From the NCBI GenBank assembly GCA_951406725.2, contig OX597815.1, positions 193,068,001 to 193,132,000 of the forward strand: a DNA stretch of 64,000 nucleotides, given 5' to 3'. The notes beneath the pieces were generated by a model. It was not told the DNA's origin, did no database searches, and worked only from the letters and a program-made list of their open reading frames with translations. Below, piece by piece: positions 30,560 to 45,464 of the stretch (within the stretch, counting starts at the first letter, position 1; every line of letters starts with the position of its first letter). The stretch comes from Octopus vulgaris (lineage: Eukaryota). Both the position numbers and the translations under genes were made by a program.

Positions 30560-31290
30560 GATAGTTCGGAACAGAAACCTCTGCATGGCCCATATCAAAT
30601 AAGCTGCTGTTGACCAGAAGCTATCTTTAGCTACAAACCTCAAGCCAAAGGCTGAGAGCAAAGTTTGCTTCTTAGCTACTCAAGATCAAATCTTATTGAA
30701 CTGGAACTACCAAATCAATGTGGAGAAAAAATGGAGTTGATCCAAAGTGCCGATTCTGTAATGATGAGATTGAAAAAGTGGATCACTTAATGTCTGGAGG
30801 TAAAGTTTTAGCATTAGTAGAGAATAAATCAAGACATTGACAGAGTTGGCTAATATCTACACTGGTTATTATATTGCTATTTAAAAAATAAAACTGTCGA
30901 CAAGTGGTATGGGAGGAAATAAAACGGTTCTTTGCTACTTTCCTTTTCATACAGACAAAACAATCAAAGCTAATGAACCGAATATTGTTGGAAAAGACCA
31001 AAATGATAAAGTTTGTTTAATGATTGACGTGAGTATCCCCTGTGATCCTAATATTGAGGTAAAAGTATTTGACAAGCTCAGAAAATATAAAGATTTGTCC
31101 ATTGATAATAATAAAATAAAAATCTGGTATCTCAATGCGGTTACAATACCAGTGATTGTAGCAGTACTAGAAATGATCGAACAAGGAACTGAAACTCATG
31201 GGAGAAAGTTCCCTGGCTTACTGTCCCTGCAAGAAGAGTAAGATACGTCATAAGTATTGAACAGAGCATTGCCGCTGTATGAACAATAAC
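30560..31290 (+). pseudogene. R4/Dong LINE remnant (zinc knuckle plus restriction-like endonuclease)
   Basis: LHG, ATQDQ, KCRFC..EKVDHLMSG, TDKTIKANEPNIV...IDVSIP...KYKDL...IPVIV. Confidence 0.8.
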
Positions 31291-32948
31291 TTTGTATGTA
31301 TATATATTTTTTTCTTTTACGCAACTTCATTTGGTTTTGTAAATGAACGATCTAGTGTGTTTATCTAAATGGCATATCAATGTAGCCAGTATGACCTAAG
31401 TGCCAGAAAGATAGTCGGCAAGAAATGGAAACAAAGTTTGAAGAAGAACGAAAAAAATAATTTTAGTAAAGATACAAGTCCTTACTCAAAATCCTGACTT
31501 CATAGAAAACACACAACATAATTTTTAGTAAAGAAAATAATGGTTTATTTCATTGAATGTTAATTACATATAATATAGAAGTTGATTTATTGATGTGTTT
31601 ACAGATATTAAACCGTTATTATTTTGTTAAAAACTGCATTAGTCGAATTACAGAATCATCTTTATGAGAGGAACTACTTTTAGATTTAGTTTTAGAAACA
31701 AATAGCATATGCAAAATTCCAATATACAAACTGCAAATGAAATTAAAATACAATAATTTGTTGTGAATTCCACTTCCTATTCTGTGACATGATCAGAAGA
31801 AATATCAATTTCTTTAGTAATCCAAACATTTTTGAATGAAAGCAATGAGAAATGTTCCTCAACATTTGTGGTTAACAATTTGACACAGTTTTCGTTATTA
31901 GACATCATAACAACCATTGCGTAAGATGGCAGATCGTTAGTCCACTGGATAAAATGTTTAGTAGCATTTCGTCTGTCAATCAATTGTGAGTTCACATTTC
32001 TTTGAGATCGATTTTGCCTTTCATTCTTTTGGAGTCAATAAAAGAAATACCATTTGAGCATTGGCGGTGGATGTAACTGACTTACATCGCCCCTAAAACT
32101 GATGAGCTTGTGTCAAAATTTGAAACCAATATCTGAATGGAGGTTTCATTATTAACTATTATAGCAACCATTATCTAAAATATTATTAAAACAGCAAAAT
32201 GTCAGATCCGTTAGAACGACGGACAAAATGCTTAGTGGCCATTCGTTTGTCTTTATATTCTGAGTTCAAATTCCGCCAGGGTCAACTACACCGTTCATCC
32301 CTTCGCTGGATGAAATAAGTTAGAGCAATGGAAGCGATGTAATCTACTATCTCGCTCCCCCGAAAATTTCAGGCCTCGTGCCTATAGTAGAAAGTATTAT
32401 CTAAGATATTTCGTCGACATGTGTAGAGAGATTTGAGAAATTATTGTGTGACTGGTTTTGTAATTGTATGTGTAGTTAGTGTCCAGTTCGTGCTAAACTG
32501 AGATGCTGATTTAAGGCAATATTTTGGAAAAGAGGAAACATTTTAAAAATATGTTTCGCTTAACAACTGTGTTTAAAATAATTTAAAACTTTATTCCTGA
32601 GAATGCTATAAAGGACGTGTAAAATGTGTGCAACAGCATCACCTAATACTGAGTGACTAAAATGGATGGATGGAATGACACAAAAGGAGTAAGATAATCT
32701 GTAGATTTGCATGGTATTAATCCTTTATTGATTGTAGCGATTAGACTGAGGACGTAGAATTCACCGCTTAGAATCTATATCATTGTTTCATATTAAAAAT
32801 CATATCAAGTATTACGAAATGTATCATTTGTTGATATATTTAAACACTTTTCCTAAGAATATGTTACATTATTAGAGTTAAACAAGAAGAAAAAAGAAGA
32901 TAAAAGTAATAACATATTATTTGATATGAATCTTTTAAATTTCATGCC

Positions 32949-33104
32949 TTATAGGAAATATAGTCTGTAAAGGAAAAAATAAATTACAAAAATGCATACA
33001 ATAAGAAAAATTCCAACGATAATTGATGAAGCAATAAATATTTTTGCTTTTTTGTTAGCTTCTAGGGCACCTGCTCTATCTCCATTTTGGGCCAATTGAT
33101 TTGC
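32949..33104 (-). CDS. Dispanin/CD225 gene copy C, last coding exon (loop plus C-terminal TM helix)
   Basis: Acceptor ttttatcttctag; ANQLAQNGDRAGALEANKKAKIFIASSIIVGIFLIVCIFVIYFFLYRLYFL-stop; GDxxGA..A..AK is the CD225 signature. Confidence 0.92.
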   Translation of the reverse strand, partial: ANQLAQNGDRAGALEANKKAKIFIASSIIVGIFLIVCIFVIYFFLYRLYFL

Positions 33105-33434
33105 CTAGAAGATAAAATAAAAGTTAATTTTAACATGAAATTTCACCCCAAATTTTAGAATCATAAAAAATAATTTATCAGGGTGTTTCTATGGAAATTA
33201 CTTGCCAGTGTTCATGCTAACTTGAGACCAATAATAATATTTTTCTTTATTTCAAGATTCAGTACAATACAAATCAACCATCGTGCTCTAATTCAGTATT
33301 ACTTATTAGGAGGCTCTGATGTCGGAAAATGAGGACGACAAATTGCCATGTTAAATGAAAAAAGAAATGGTTTCCAAATGGTTTAAAGTGGTTTCCAAAT
33401 GCCTATTCGTTTTCTTGGTGCAGTGTTTACAGCA

Positions 33435-33650
33435 CACATTTGTTAGGCTCATAAAGTGAGTCTGGGAAAACAGAAAACTGGTTACAATCACCAAGACTAC
33501 TATCTATAAAGCCTGCGTTCTTAGTACGTTACTTTATGGCAATGCGACACGGAGTCACTACTCCAGACACGAGCTGCGTTTAAACGTCTTCTACCTTCGT
33601 AATTTGAGACGAATGTTGGATATTTGTCAGCAGAGTGGTATATTTACCGA
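33435..33650 (+). pseudogene. RTE-clade LINE fragment in dispanin intron 3
   Basis: VWENRKLVTITKTTIYKACVLSTLLYG...RLNVFYLRNLRRML. Confidence 0.75.
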
Positions 33651-34035
33651 AGTGTACAGCGTTACCTATCACTCCTTTAAACCCCAGTGCGAAACTAATC
33701 GGTAAGATCGGCCGTAATGGATATAATAATGTAGACTTCGATTAATATATATATATATATATATATAACAAACAGTGACAAGTGTCAATGCGTTATTCGA
33801 GAGAACCTACTGAAGTCAGTCTGTGACCACAAAATACGTACAATACGCTTGAATTTCCAAATCTTGGCATGGTATTTTAATACAATATATATACAATATA
33901 ATATTAATAAATTATGAAATACATGACTTTTACTAGTCATTTACATTATCTTTTGTACCAAAATTTGAATATTTATGGTTAAAATATACGGATATGAATA
34001 GAATTTCTTGCAAGGAATGTTCATATTTTACTTAC

Positions 34036-34146
34036 TTTCCTGCTGTAACTAATAGCAGCGACGCCCAGTGGTATACAGCAAGTAACGGCGGAGAAAATAG
34101 CTAAACACGTCAAATCAGGAATGTGAATTGGTTCCGGTTGGGCTAT
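34036..34146 (-). CDS. Dispanin/CD225 gene copy C, exon 3 (intramembrane segment)
   Basis: tttgttttcag acceptor and gtaagt donor; 111 nt, phase 0 to 0; IAQPEPIHIPDLTCLAIFSAVTCCIPLGVAAISYSRK with the conserved D..AI...CC.P.G.AA..YS pattern. Confidence 0.92.
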
Positions 34147-34227
34147 CTGAAAACAAATTAAGCCAGAATAATAGCATTATCATAAAGGCTGGTGGTAATG
34201 ATGACAACGATGATAAGGTAACAACAA

Positions 34228-34305
<78 letters not shown>

Positions 34306-34328
34306 GTAATAATAATAATAATAATAAT

Positions 34329-34935
<607 letters not shown>

Positions 34936-34949
34936 TAATACTAATAATA

Positions 34950-36170
34950 CTGACCGAAATAAGTAACGGAAACCAGGTCAACCAAAGAAAAGCCAAGAAA
35001 ATATGTAAAACGCATGGGATCAAACGGAAAGATGAAATACCTGAAGCAAAAGAAAACCTAAAGCAAAAATTCCAAGCAAAGGCACAACGACTGCCGCGAT
35101 ATATAAAGAGAAGCAAACAATTTAGACAAAACGAATGATTTAAAGAAGATGGAAAGAAATTTTACTGGGAACTTGGTAGACAACAAATAAATGTTGAGTA
35201 ACCGCCACAGAAAGAGGATATGGAAAATTTCTGGAGTACGATATGGGAAAATGAAAAAACAACATAAAGAAGATGCAGAATGGATTAAGGAACAAGAAAC
35301 ACTCCTGGAAAATAAAGAAGTACATGAATGGGAAGATATTCAAAAGGAGGAGGTCACCCTGGCCCTGAAAAAGGCCAGCAATTGGAAGTCACACGGAATA
35401 GATCGAGTACTAAACTTCTGGATCAAACAGTTAGTTGATATACATGGAGATATGTCATCAGCATATAACAAAGTCAAGAAAAACTCAGAAAATAGCCCAG
35501 ACTGGATGACACAAGGAGTGACATACCTAATACTAAAAACAAATGACACAGAAAACACAAAGAACTATAGACAAATCACCGGTCTACACAAAAAGCTGGC
35601 TGAAAACTTTAACGACATACTGGTAGAGCCAGAGACAATGCCTGAATGACTCACGAAAGGGAAAACCATCCTAATTCCCAAATCCAATGAAACAGCAAAA
35701 CCACAAAACTATTGACCTATAACCTGTCTCACTACAATGTACAAAGCCTTTACTGCAGTAATATCGCAAAGATTAAACAAGCATCTGGAAGAAAACAACC
35801 TGTTTCCAGAAGAGCAGAAGGGATGCTGCAAGGGCTCATATGGATGTAAAGATCAACTAATGGTCAATAAGGCCATAACTGAAGACAGCCGGAGAAAGAA
35901 GAAAGGCCTCAGTATGGCCTGGATCGACTACAAAAAGGCGTTTGATAGCATTCTCCACACGTGGATCCTCGAAACACTTGCCATGAACAAGGTAGTACCA
36001 ATAATTATAAAATACATGAGACACTCAATGAATAATGACAGATAGGGCTACAGCTCCAAACAAAAGAGGGACTCGTGAAAACCAAAGCCATCCCCATTAG
36101 AAGAGGAATATTCCAGGGAGACACGTTCTCTCCACTCCTTTTCTGCCTGGCACTGGCACCTCTATCTGAT
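34950..36170 (+). pseudogene. R4/Dong LINE RT fragment (chimeric at ~35580)
   Basis: NWKSHGID, PITCL, EEQKGC, GCKDQL, AWIDYKKAFDSI, GIFQGDTFSPLLF; stops and frameshifts. Confidence 0.9.
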
Positions 36171-36187
36171 ATATAAAAATAAAACTA

Positions 36188-36189
<2 letters not shown>

Positions 36190-36277
<88 letters not shown>

Positions 36278-36407
36278 AATAATAATAATATTAATAATAA
36301 TAATGATAATAATAATGATGATGATGATGATGATGATTATGATGATGATAATGATAATAATGATGATGATGATGATAATGACGATGATGATGATAATGAT
36401 GATAACA

Positions 36408-36451
<44 letters not shown>

Positions 36452-36518
36452 AATTATGATAATAATGATGATGATGATGATAATGATGATGATGATGATA
36501 ATGATGATGATGATGATA

Positions 36519-36553
<35 letters not shown>

Positions 36554-36650
36554 AATGATGATGATGATAATAATGATGATGATGATAATGATGATGATAA
36601 TAATGATGATGATGATGATAATGACGATGATGATGATAATGATGATGACA

Positions 36651-36688
<38 letters not shown>

Positions 36689-36833
36689 AATGATGATGAT
36701 AATAATGATGATGATAATTATGATAATAATGATGATGATGATGAGTATAATGATGATGATGATAATGATGATGATGATAATGGTGATGATGATGATGATG
36801 ATGATAATAATGATGATGATAATAATGATGATA

Positions 36834-36883
<50 letters not shown>

Positions 36884-36890
36884 AATAATA
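36190..36890. repeat. ~700-bp compound (AAT)n/(GAT)n microsatellite
   Basis: Direct; source of the poly-M/I/H ORFs. Confidence 0.97.
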
Positions 36891-36894
36891 CCAG

Positions 36895-37165
36895 CCACTG
36901 CTAAACGAGAGAGGAAAGTTACGGAGCATGAGGAAAGTAATGGGGATAACAGTGGTAACAAGGAGCATTAGGAGCTTATTCCAAGGTCTTTGAAAAACAT
37001 ATTGCGAATATTGGAGCTGCTGTCTGGCTCAAGGTTATCCAGAAGACGGTATTGTTGGGTACGGCTCGCATTCTTAGGTGAGTATTATCTGTTGGAGTCG
37101 CAATAGAAGGTACTACTAAATCATTTGGGGATTTGTTGCCCGCTTTCAAGTAAAGAGCAACCGGT
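36895..37165 (+). pseudogene. R4/Dong LINE 3' remnant (different subfamily)
   Basis: GALG...FEKHI...IQKTVLLGTARILR. Confidence 0.7.
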
Positions 37166-37240
37166 AATTAAGAACTATCCTTGAGGTTTTCATAATGAAA
37201 ATTATTAATAATGATAATAATAATAATGATAATAAATATG

Positions 37241-37313
<73 letters not shown>

Positions 37314-37341
37314 GAAGAAGAAGAAGAAGAATGATAATAAT

Positions 37342-37379
<38 letters not shown>

Positions 37380-37525
37380 TGATGATGATGATGATAATAA
37401 TAATAATAACAATGTGATGCATGTGCCTGGTGTACCCTTATCAGACGGGTAGTCATGATGGGTATATTGGGCTTCGTATATTTTACCCCAGTGTCACTTT
37501 GATGGCATGAACTGCTCTCTCACTC

Positions 37526-37593
<68 letters not shown>

Positions 37594-38292
37594 CAACAAT
37601 AATAATGATAATGATAATGTTTTTCGTTATGGCCACAAGGAGCTAAACATAGAGGGAACAAATAAGGACAAACAAGAGGATTAAGTCGATTACATAGAAC
37701 CCAGTGTTTAACTGGTACTTATTTAAGGATAAAAATGAAAATTATGATAATATGTTGTAACTGCTAATACTACAACTACTACTATTCTGATAGCACAGGA
37801 ATCTGAAGCCCAACTACCACTACTACCACTACCCCTACTACCGTTACTGCTGCTGCCACCATTGCTGATACTACACATAGATACAGCAATTACAACAATA
37901 AAGACAGTATTTGACAACGGCGATAGAAGACCGAAGAAGAGCCTGTTCATCGAAGCAGATTACAAGTGAGCAAGGGACTCTCTGGAAAGATGTTCAGCGT
38001 GACAGAACATGGCTGAGGAAGGCCAGATGTGAACAGCGCTGGAAATTGGTGCCGTTCTTGCTCTGCATAGGCCTGTGTAACCTCTGAGTCTCTTTTACTC
38101 TTTCTTTTTTACTAGTTTCAGTCATTTGACTGCGGCCATGCTGGAGCACCGCCTTAAATCGAGCAACTCGACCCCTTTGTAAGCCCAGTACTTATTCTAT
38201 CGATCTCTTTTGCCGAACCGCTAAGTGACGGGGACATAAACACACCAGCATCGGTTGTCAAGCAATGCTAGGGGGACAAACATATACACACG

Positions 38293-38343
<51 letters not shown>

Positions 38344-38345
<2 letters not shown>

Positions 38346-38982
38346 TGACGGTAACAATGGGAGTAGGGTAGAGAGCCCCAATAGCATCCCCAGCATCATT
38401 TCCCGCAATAGCAGCACCACGGGCACTAGCAATGACAGCACTCTGATAGATAGTGGAGAATCAGGGGTTATTCCTATAGTTAATAGTGACGTAGTGGAAA
38501 ATAGAGTAGTAAGCGGCTGCAGGTCTCGGAACGAATATAGTGACAGGAACGCAGTTCTAATTTCAGAAATTAATCCTAGCAGAATAAGATTCACGTCGGC
38601 GAACTCCAAGATCAAAAACGCCGTCTACCAATGCAAGGTTTACACGGACTCAGATGTCTTCACTTATGTAGGGGCCTCATCCTCAAGATTGTCTTTGCGA
38701 GTCTCCAACCATTACGCAACTTTTCGGGACATGAACAAGCGCCAGACCACGGGACTCAGTAAGCTAATATGGCGACTGAAGGATACGAACTTAAGCTACA
38801 GGCTGGAATGGTCAATTTTGTCGGTGGCCCTCCCATTTGATAGGGGCAGAAGGCAGTGCAACCTTTGTGTCTCCGAACTCTTCCATATTTTGTTTGCCAG
38901 AGGCCAGATGGTAAACGGGCTTTTACAGTCGGCTTTTCGATGCCCCCATTGGCGGCGTTACACTTATCTGGCTTTTAAATAG
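38344..38982 (+). CDS. GIY-YIG endonuclease domain of a Penelope-like element (frame open from the insertion boundary, no ATG start)
   Basis: NAVY...TYVG...LRVSNH...LSKLIWRLK...CNLCVSE...MVN...CPH: Y, YxG, R, E, N catalytic set plus Cys/His ligands. Confidence 0.85.
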
Positions 38983-39720
38983 CGTTTATAAATAATACCG
39001 GCACCCATAGCCCTTGGTAACAAATTCTGAAATAGCCTTTAAGATATCTACGATTAACCACTGCAAGGGGAATTACTCCTGTAAGATAAACGGGGCTTGG
39101 TTTTTTCACAACGGGGGGTTTCCTTGACAAGGCAGGCTTAGATGAACACACACACACATAAAACATAATATATATATTTTTTTCTGCCACCCAATGGTTC
39201 TCACTGCAGTAGCCACTGACAGCCGAACGATCAAACGCACACACGTACACAAAAAATGTTTTCTACTCCTACGCCAGCACACACATATATAGAACAGTAT
39301 ACACACACACGTCTCTAAGTAGGTTTTTTCTCGCCCCTTATAAAACATCCAATATTCCTTAAATAGTCAGAACTTTATTCTCGGTCACAAAGAACATCTT
39401 CACACCCTCACCCACATACATGATTGACCGATGCCTGACCCGTTAAATTCTTCAGCCACCGGTTCTCAACATACACTGATAAACAGTTTCGCCATGGGCT
39501 CTTAGGAGCCTAGTTCGATTTGTTTTTGCTCCGCCTCTATTCTGGTTTTGTTTTTTCCAACGGATTTCCTACTTCTTCCTGAAGAGAAAGACACAATATG
39601 GTCCCATTATTCAATCGGATTTTGGTAAATTGTGCCTTTCGAAACACGTGTAGAATGAAATAAAACGATTTCTGTTCAATCTGCGTTCAGCTCCATTTCT
39701 TCAATTCACCAATAATATTT
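38346..39720 (+). mobile_element. Penelope-like element (5'-truncated or EN-only): GIY-YIG ORF, 3' region and hammerhead, inserted in the (AT)n of a SINE
   Basis: Absent from the paralogous SINE at ~10390-10415; bounded by (TA)n on both sides. Confidence 0.88.
39573..39659 (+). ncRNA. Type I minimal hammerhead ribozyme of the PLE
   Basis: TTCTTC CTGAAGA GAAAGaCACAAT...ATTGTGcCTTTC GAAA CACGTG TA GAAtGAA; intact core, G-C pair opening stem II, palindromic stem III, GUA triplet; AATAAA follows. Confidence 0.85.
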
Positions 39721-39948
39721 TATATATATATATACATATATACGACGGGCCCCTTTCAGCTTCCGTCTACCAAATCCACCCACAAGGCTTTGGTCGGCAG
39801 GAGGCTATAGTAGAAGACACTTGCCCAAGGTGCCACGCAGTGGGACCGAACCCGGAACCATGTGGTTGGTAAACAAGCCACTTACCACACAGCCACTCCA
39901 ATGACAAGTAGCAAGAAAATATAAGAAGTGATATCAGTGATGATAATG

Positions 39949-40033
<85 letters not shown>

Positions 40034-40779
40034 AAAGAAACGGGTGGAGCCTTCTCATGTCCTGATTAATGATACATCTAGGGATGGTGTTACAATAAAA
40101 ACACTGGTAATTATGCAACCTGATAATCGCTACCTCAAATGAGTGACAATCAAAAACAAAATATTGGGAATAACGGTGGTAATGAAATTGAAGCCATTAA
40201 TGGTGACAGTGTCGCACCCGGCAGGCTCAGAGATTCTGTTCCGACTCCAGCCTGTCGATATCCAGAAAGGGACCATCACACACAACGTAGATGGAGCGAG
40301 CAAATTGATGCTGTGGTCATGGAATGTTACTACCTGAGCAACCCGGTAGATGAAAATGGTGCTCAAATTAGGGTTACCGACAACGTGTGTATGGTCGCTG
40401 GAGGGAAAAGGGATTGTTTTAACTCACGGAACAGAGACTATGTGATCAAGCTAGAGCAATGAGGAAAAATCGTTGGTTCACAGAAGTGGAGCTCGAAGCT
40501 ATCAGAAGATGGGTCTTGGAAAATAACGATAAAAAATACTAACAGAAGTAATCTCACAGCACAGGAAAGGAACAGTGGTAGTTTACATGATGAGAGACAT
40601 GTAGATTATCTAAGAGAAGACAGTAAAACTAATGGCGACATGACAGATGAACAAAAGGCAATCTACGACAGAATAAAGGTAGCAATTGGAAATTGAACCA
40701 AAAAACGAAAAATGTCAATGAAATTCTGAAATAGAATTTTAAAAATAAATTTGTAATAACTTAATCTAAAATACTAAAA

Positions 40780-40844
<65 letters not shown>

Positions 40845-40904
40845 CTTACATATATATATATATATATATATATACATACTTACATATATATATATATATA
40901 CATA

Positions 40905-40940
<36 letters not shown>

Positions 40941-41324
40941 CTTACATATATATATATATATACTATATAAATTCATCCACATTTTTCTTATATATTGCGT
41001 TATTTAACATAACTTAATATAATATAATATAATATAATATTAGATACCGCCTCACTTCCCGCATATTAGCATACACGATAAATACTTATTGTAGCGGGGA
41101 AAATATATAAATATATATATATAATATACTTTTGGTACCGATATATCACACAGGTATTAATTATATATATATGTAACTTTATATATATATATATATATAT
41201 AATTATATTATATATGTATATATATATATATATATTATATATATATAAAAGAAAAAAATACGAACTACCACAGCAATCCTCTCTTCACATAAATATGTAT
41301 ATACCTATGGGTATGTTGTGTACG

Positions 41325-41407
<83 letters not shown>

Positions 41408-41446
41408 GTGTGTATGTGTATGTATATATATATATGTGTGTGTGTG

Positions 41447-41485
<39 letters not shown>

Positions 41486-41508
41486 TCATATATATATATA
41501 TATATACT

Positions 41509-41539
<31 letters not shown>

Positions 41540-41946
41540 TATATATATATATATATATAAATTATATTATTTCTTATATATTATATTTATACATAATAAT
41601 ATAATATAATATAATATAATAATAATAATGATTCCTATGTAATGCATATACATACACTATAAAGTGTATAGATATATGTTTTATGTATTTAATGTTTATA
41701 TATATATTTTTCCTATGTTTATATTTTTTTAACCTATAACGAGTCAAAACATAATGAATAGAGATCCTATATATAATATTATAAACTAAAAAATGTATTT
41801 ATAATTTTATGTATGTAGATTATAATATTAATATAATATTTAATCTCTTCTTTTATATATGTATGTATGTTTGTTTTTATCTTATTTTTATATATATTAT
41901 TAGGATGTGATTTTCAAGCTATGTTGTTTCGGACAAACACATATAT

Positions 41947-41993
<47 letters not shown>

Positions 41994-44260
41994 TGTTATA
42001 AATGTTTTGTGTATGTATATTAATTTTGTGTGTGTATGTGTATATATGTAGTTCTAAATTACGTAATAATATTCTTAATAATACAAACCACTATAAATAA
42101 CTCTTTTAACATAATATATATATCATAAATTTATAATGTTCCATGTTGCATACCTGTAAGAGTATTTATTATTTTATGTATTGTCAATATGGATTGTATG
42201 TAAAATTATCAGAAGCATGTTTCAGAGACGAATTCACAAATACTTATACATTGTTATTGCAAAAATTACATCCATGAATATTTTAATATACGTTTTTTAA
42301 ATATATTTGACTAGAAAGAAAATGAAAGAGATATTAAATGATATTTTGTAATATAACGTATTGATCCTTAGTTTTTTTTTCTTTAATATAATACTCATGC
42401 ATATGACGACGGAAAATTTATTCTCACAGTATTAATCGCTGAGTATTGAGAAAGAACAATTCAACTTAGACAAACACAGATCAAAACATATAAACAATGA
42501 TACTATATATATATACAAACGGTTGTCATCTGTAAAAGAAATTAGATTACAGAAAGAATATTTCAAACGTTACATTCCTTATGAATTTCGTTAATCAGCA
42601 AATGTTTTAAGCTGTTTGGTGGCTTAAATTTTTGTCATGAATATTTGATTCTCATTGAAAGAAAAAGGAAAGAATGAATATTAACACCCTGACACCAACC
42701 CTACCCCTAAAACAGATTGAAAGGCAATAGATCGATACTAGGGTCATAATTACTACTGGGTGGACACTAAAGAGTGAACGGTTTTGTTATCCAGCTCTGT
42801 TTACGAGTGACCCCTCAATTTATGGCCACAGGGTATCTTTTTTCTCGTAAATAACAGGGACATTTTCATATGACACCGCCAGAAAATGTTTACGGCAGAA
42901 ATTGAATTCACCTCAATAGACGTCATTGATTGGTTGAAATTGCCGAAATGCAAGAGATTAAAGAACAAATAGCTTTAAAACTACAGAATTTTCTCAAGAA
43001 AGCCAAGAGAAAAAGATGTTTTATAAACACATTCTACCAGTATACGAAGTTTCAAAATGTTTAGTTACAAAGAAAATATTTTAAAAATCTGCCGGTCAAA
43101 GTGAAAAGATCCATTCTTTCTCTTATTCTTATATTTGTTTCAGTGATTTGTCTGCGGACAAGCTCAAGGACCACCTTAATGGATTTTAGTTGAAGAAATC
43201 GACCCCAGAAATTATTCTTTGTAAGCCCAGTACATATTCTATCGTTCTCTTTTGCTAAAACGTAAATTTACGGGGACAGAAGCTCACCAAAGTAAATGAA
43301 TAAACTTATAGATCTTTAAATGAATCAGCTCCAATGAGAACTAACCATGTATGAGTGTGAGTGTGTGTGTTTTTGTGTGTGTGTGTGTATGTGTGTGTGT
43401 GTGCATATGTGTGTGTGTATGTTTGGATAAGATGATAAAACATACGTCAGACGTTGCCCAACCGAGGAATTCCATCCGAAATGCGAGAAAAGACGGTGCA
43501 AGCAGGGGGTGGGGTGTGATGCTGTGGACGGCATTTAATAGCTTTAGCTCTTTGGTGTTGGCCCTCATTTAATAGCTTTGGTGTTGATGGAAAGCTAAAT
43601 AGTGTAGGTTATATGAATCTACTAAAGGATAATGTTGTGCCATATTTGACTCACCAAATGCCTCCAGGGGCTATTTATCAGCAGAACAATAGTCCTGTGC
43701 ACAAAGCCAAAAAGGTTATGGAATTTTTTGATCACCATAATATTGACGTAATCGAATGGCCTTTCCAGAGCCAGGACCTGAATCCGATCGAAAAGTTGTG
43801 GAATTATGTTTCCAAAAGAGTTCATGCTAAAAAACCATCCAATCTAAAACAATTATTCGATAATATCAATGAAATATGGCAAAACATTCCCATAGAATGT
43901 TGTAATCACTTAACGAATTCAATGCCGAGGCTTTGTTCAGCCGTTATTTAGAATGAAGGCCACGGAACAAAGTACTAATTTGTATTTCGTTCTTGTTGCT
44001 CATTTTTGCTACAATCTTAAGCTTTAAATAAAATTATAATGATACGGTCTTAAACAATTTTTGCCAGTAAATTTGAAGGGTTTATATTAATTTAGCACTA
44101 GAATTCTTCAAGTTGAATAAAAATAATTATTGTCTGCATCATTCGAAAGATAAATAAATTCAGCATAAGGTGTAAAAGATAAAAATAATTTGTATGGTGT
44201 TAGTAACATAATATTTTGCAAAAAATAGAACTTTTATCATCGGTCTTAAATATATTTTCG

Positions 44261-44297
<37 letters not shown>

Positions 44298-44559
44298 ACC
44301 AAATGTATATATAATGTCTGGGGAGAGTCATATTTTCTTAATATCCTGATATCTAACATGCCGGAGGGAACATTGGGAACTCTAGCAACATATCGTAGAG
44401 GCGTAAGAGTGGCTGTGTGGTAAGTAGCTTGTTTACCGACCACATGGTTCAGGGTTCAGTCCCACTACGTGGCACCTTGGGCAAGTGTCTTCTACTATAG
44501 CCTCGGGCCGACCAAAGCCTTGTGGGTGGATTTGGTAGATGGAAACTGAAAGAAATTCG

Positions 44560-44629
<70 letters not shown>

Positions 44630-44962
44630 GTATGTGTGTGTATGTGTTTGTGTGTCTGTGTTTGTCCTCCCAACATCGCTTGACAACCGATGCTGGTGTG
44701 TTTACGTCCCCGTAACTTAGCGGTTCGGCAAAAGAGACCGATAGAATAAGTACTAGGCTTACAAAGAATAAGTCCTAGGGTCGATTTGCTCGACTAAAGG
44801 TGGTGCTCCAGCATGGCCACAGTCAAATGACCGAAACAAGTAAAAGAGTAAAGAGTAAAGAGTATGTCATCTAGCGAATCGTTCATATGTGTATAGAACC
44901 GCCAGAAACATGACAGGGAATGTATAATGAAGAATTACGAGAAGTCAATGATATGTACTTAC

Positions 44963-44972
44963 TAATTTCCAT
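44963..44972 (-). CDS. Dispanin gene copy C, first coding micro-exon
   Basis: ATGGAAATTA|gtaagt; exon 2 acceptor and first 11 nt survive at 42519-42545. Confidence 0.72.
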
Positions 44973-45464
44973 TTTTAATCAGTAGCTGCAGTTGAGAAGA
45001 AGAAAATGAAATGGTATGATCCGGGAAAGTTAGTAAAACTGCTTGCGTTAACCGTCACAAGATATCTAATGGTGCGAACAGGTATTCTGAAGTAAATTTA
45101 TACCAGCGACGTCTCACATATCTCCACAGGCGTCAGAGTGGGTCCTTTATCATGACGAATTAACTTTCTTGTTGCTCAAACCACTTCATGCATGACTAAA
45201 TCATAAATGACTGCTGCATGTTTAACAGGTACAATTCTTCTATCATTTTCTTCTGAAAATGAAACTTAATTTTAGGCCCGTGCAATATTACTGAAACTGT
45301 GGTTACCGTTTCGTTTTGGACTTGTCAAGCAAGAAAGAAGTGACTGGAGAACTCAATGAAGTTGCTTCTCAATTTTAACAGTATTGAATAGTTCTCTAAA
45401 TGTGTATTTGGTTCACCTTTATGCAAGACATTATGAGCAGATTCCAAAACCTTTTATATATATA

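Noticed and set aside
36185-36971. Poly-Met/Ile/His ORFs of 225-258 aa (superficially reflectin- or His-rich-like)
   Set aside because: Pure (GAT)n/(AAT)n repeat between LINE fragments; no reflectin motif or splice context
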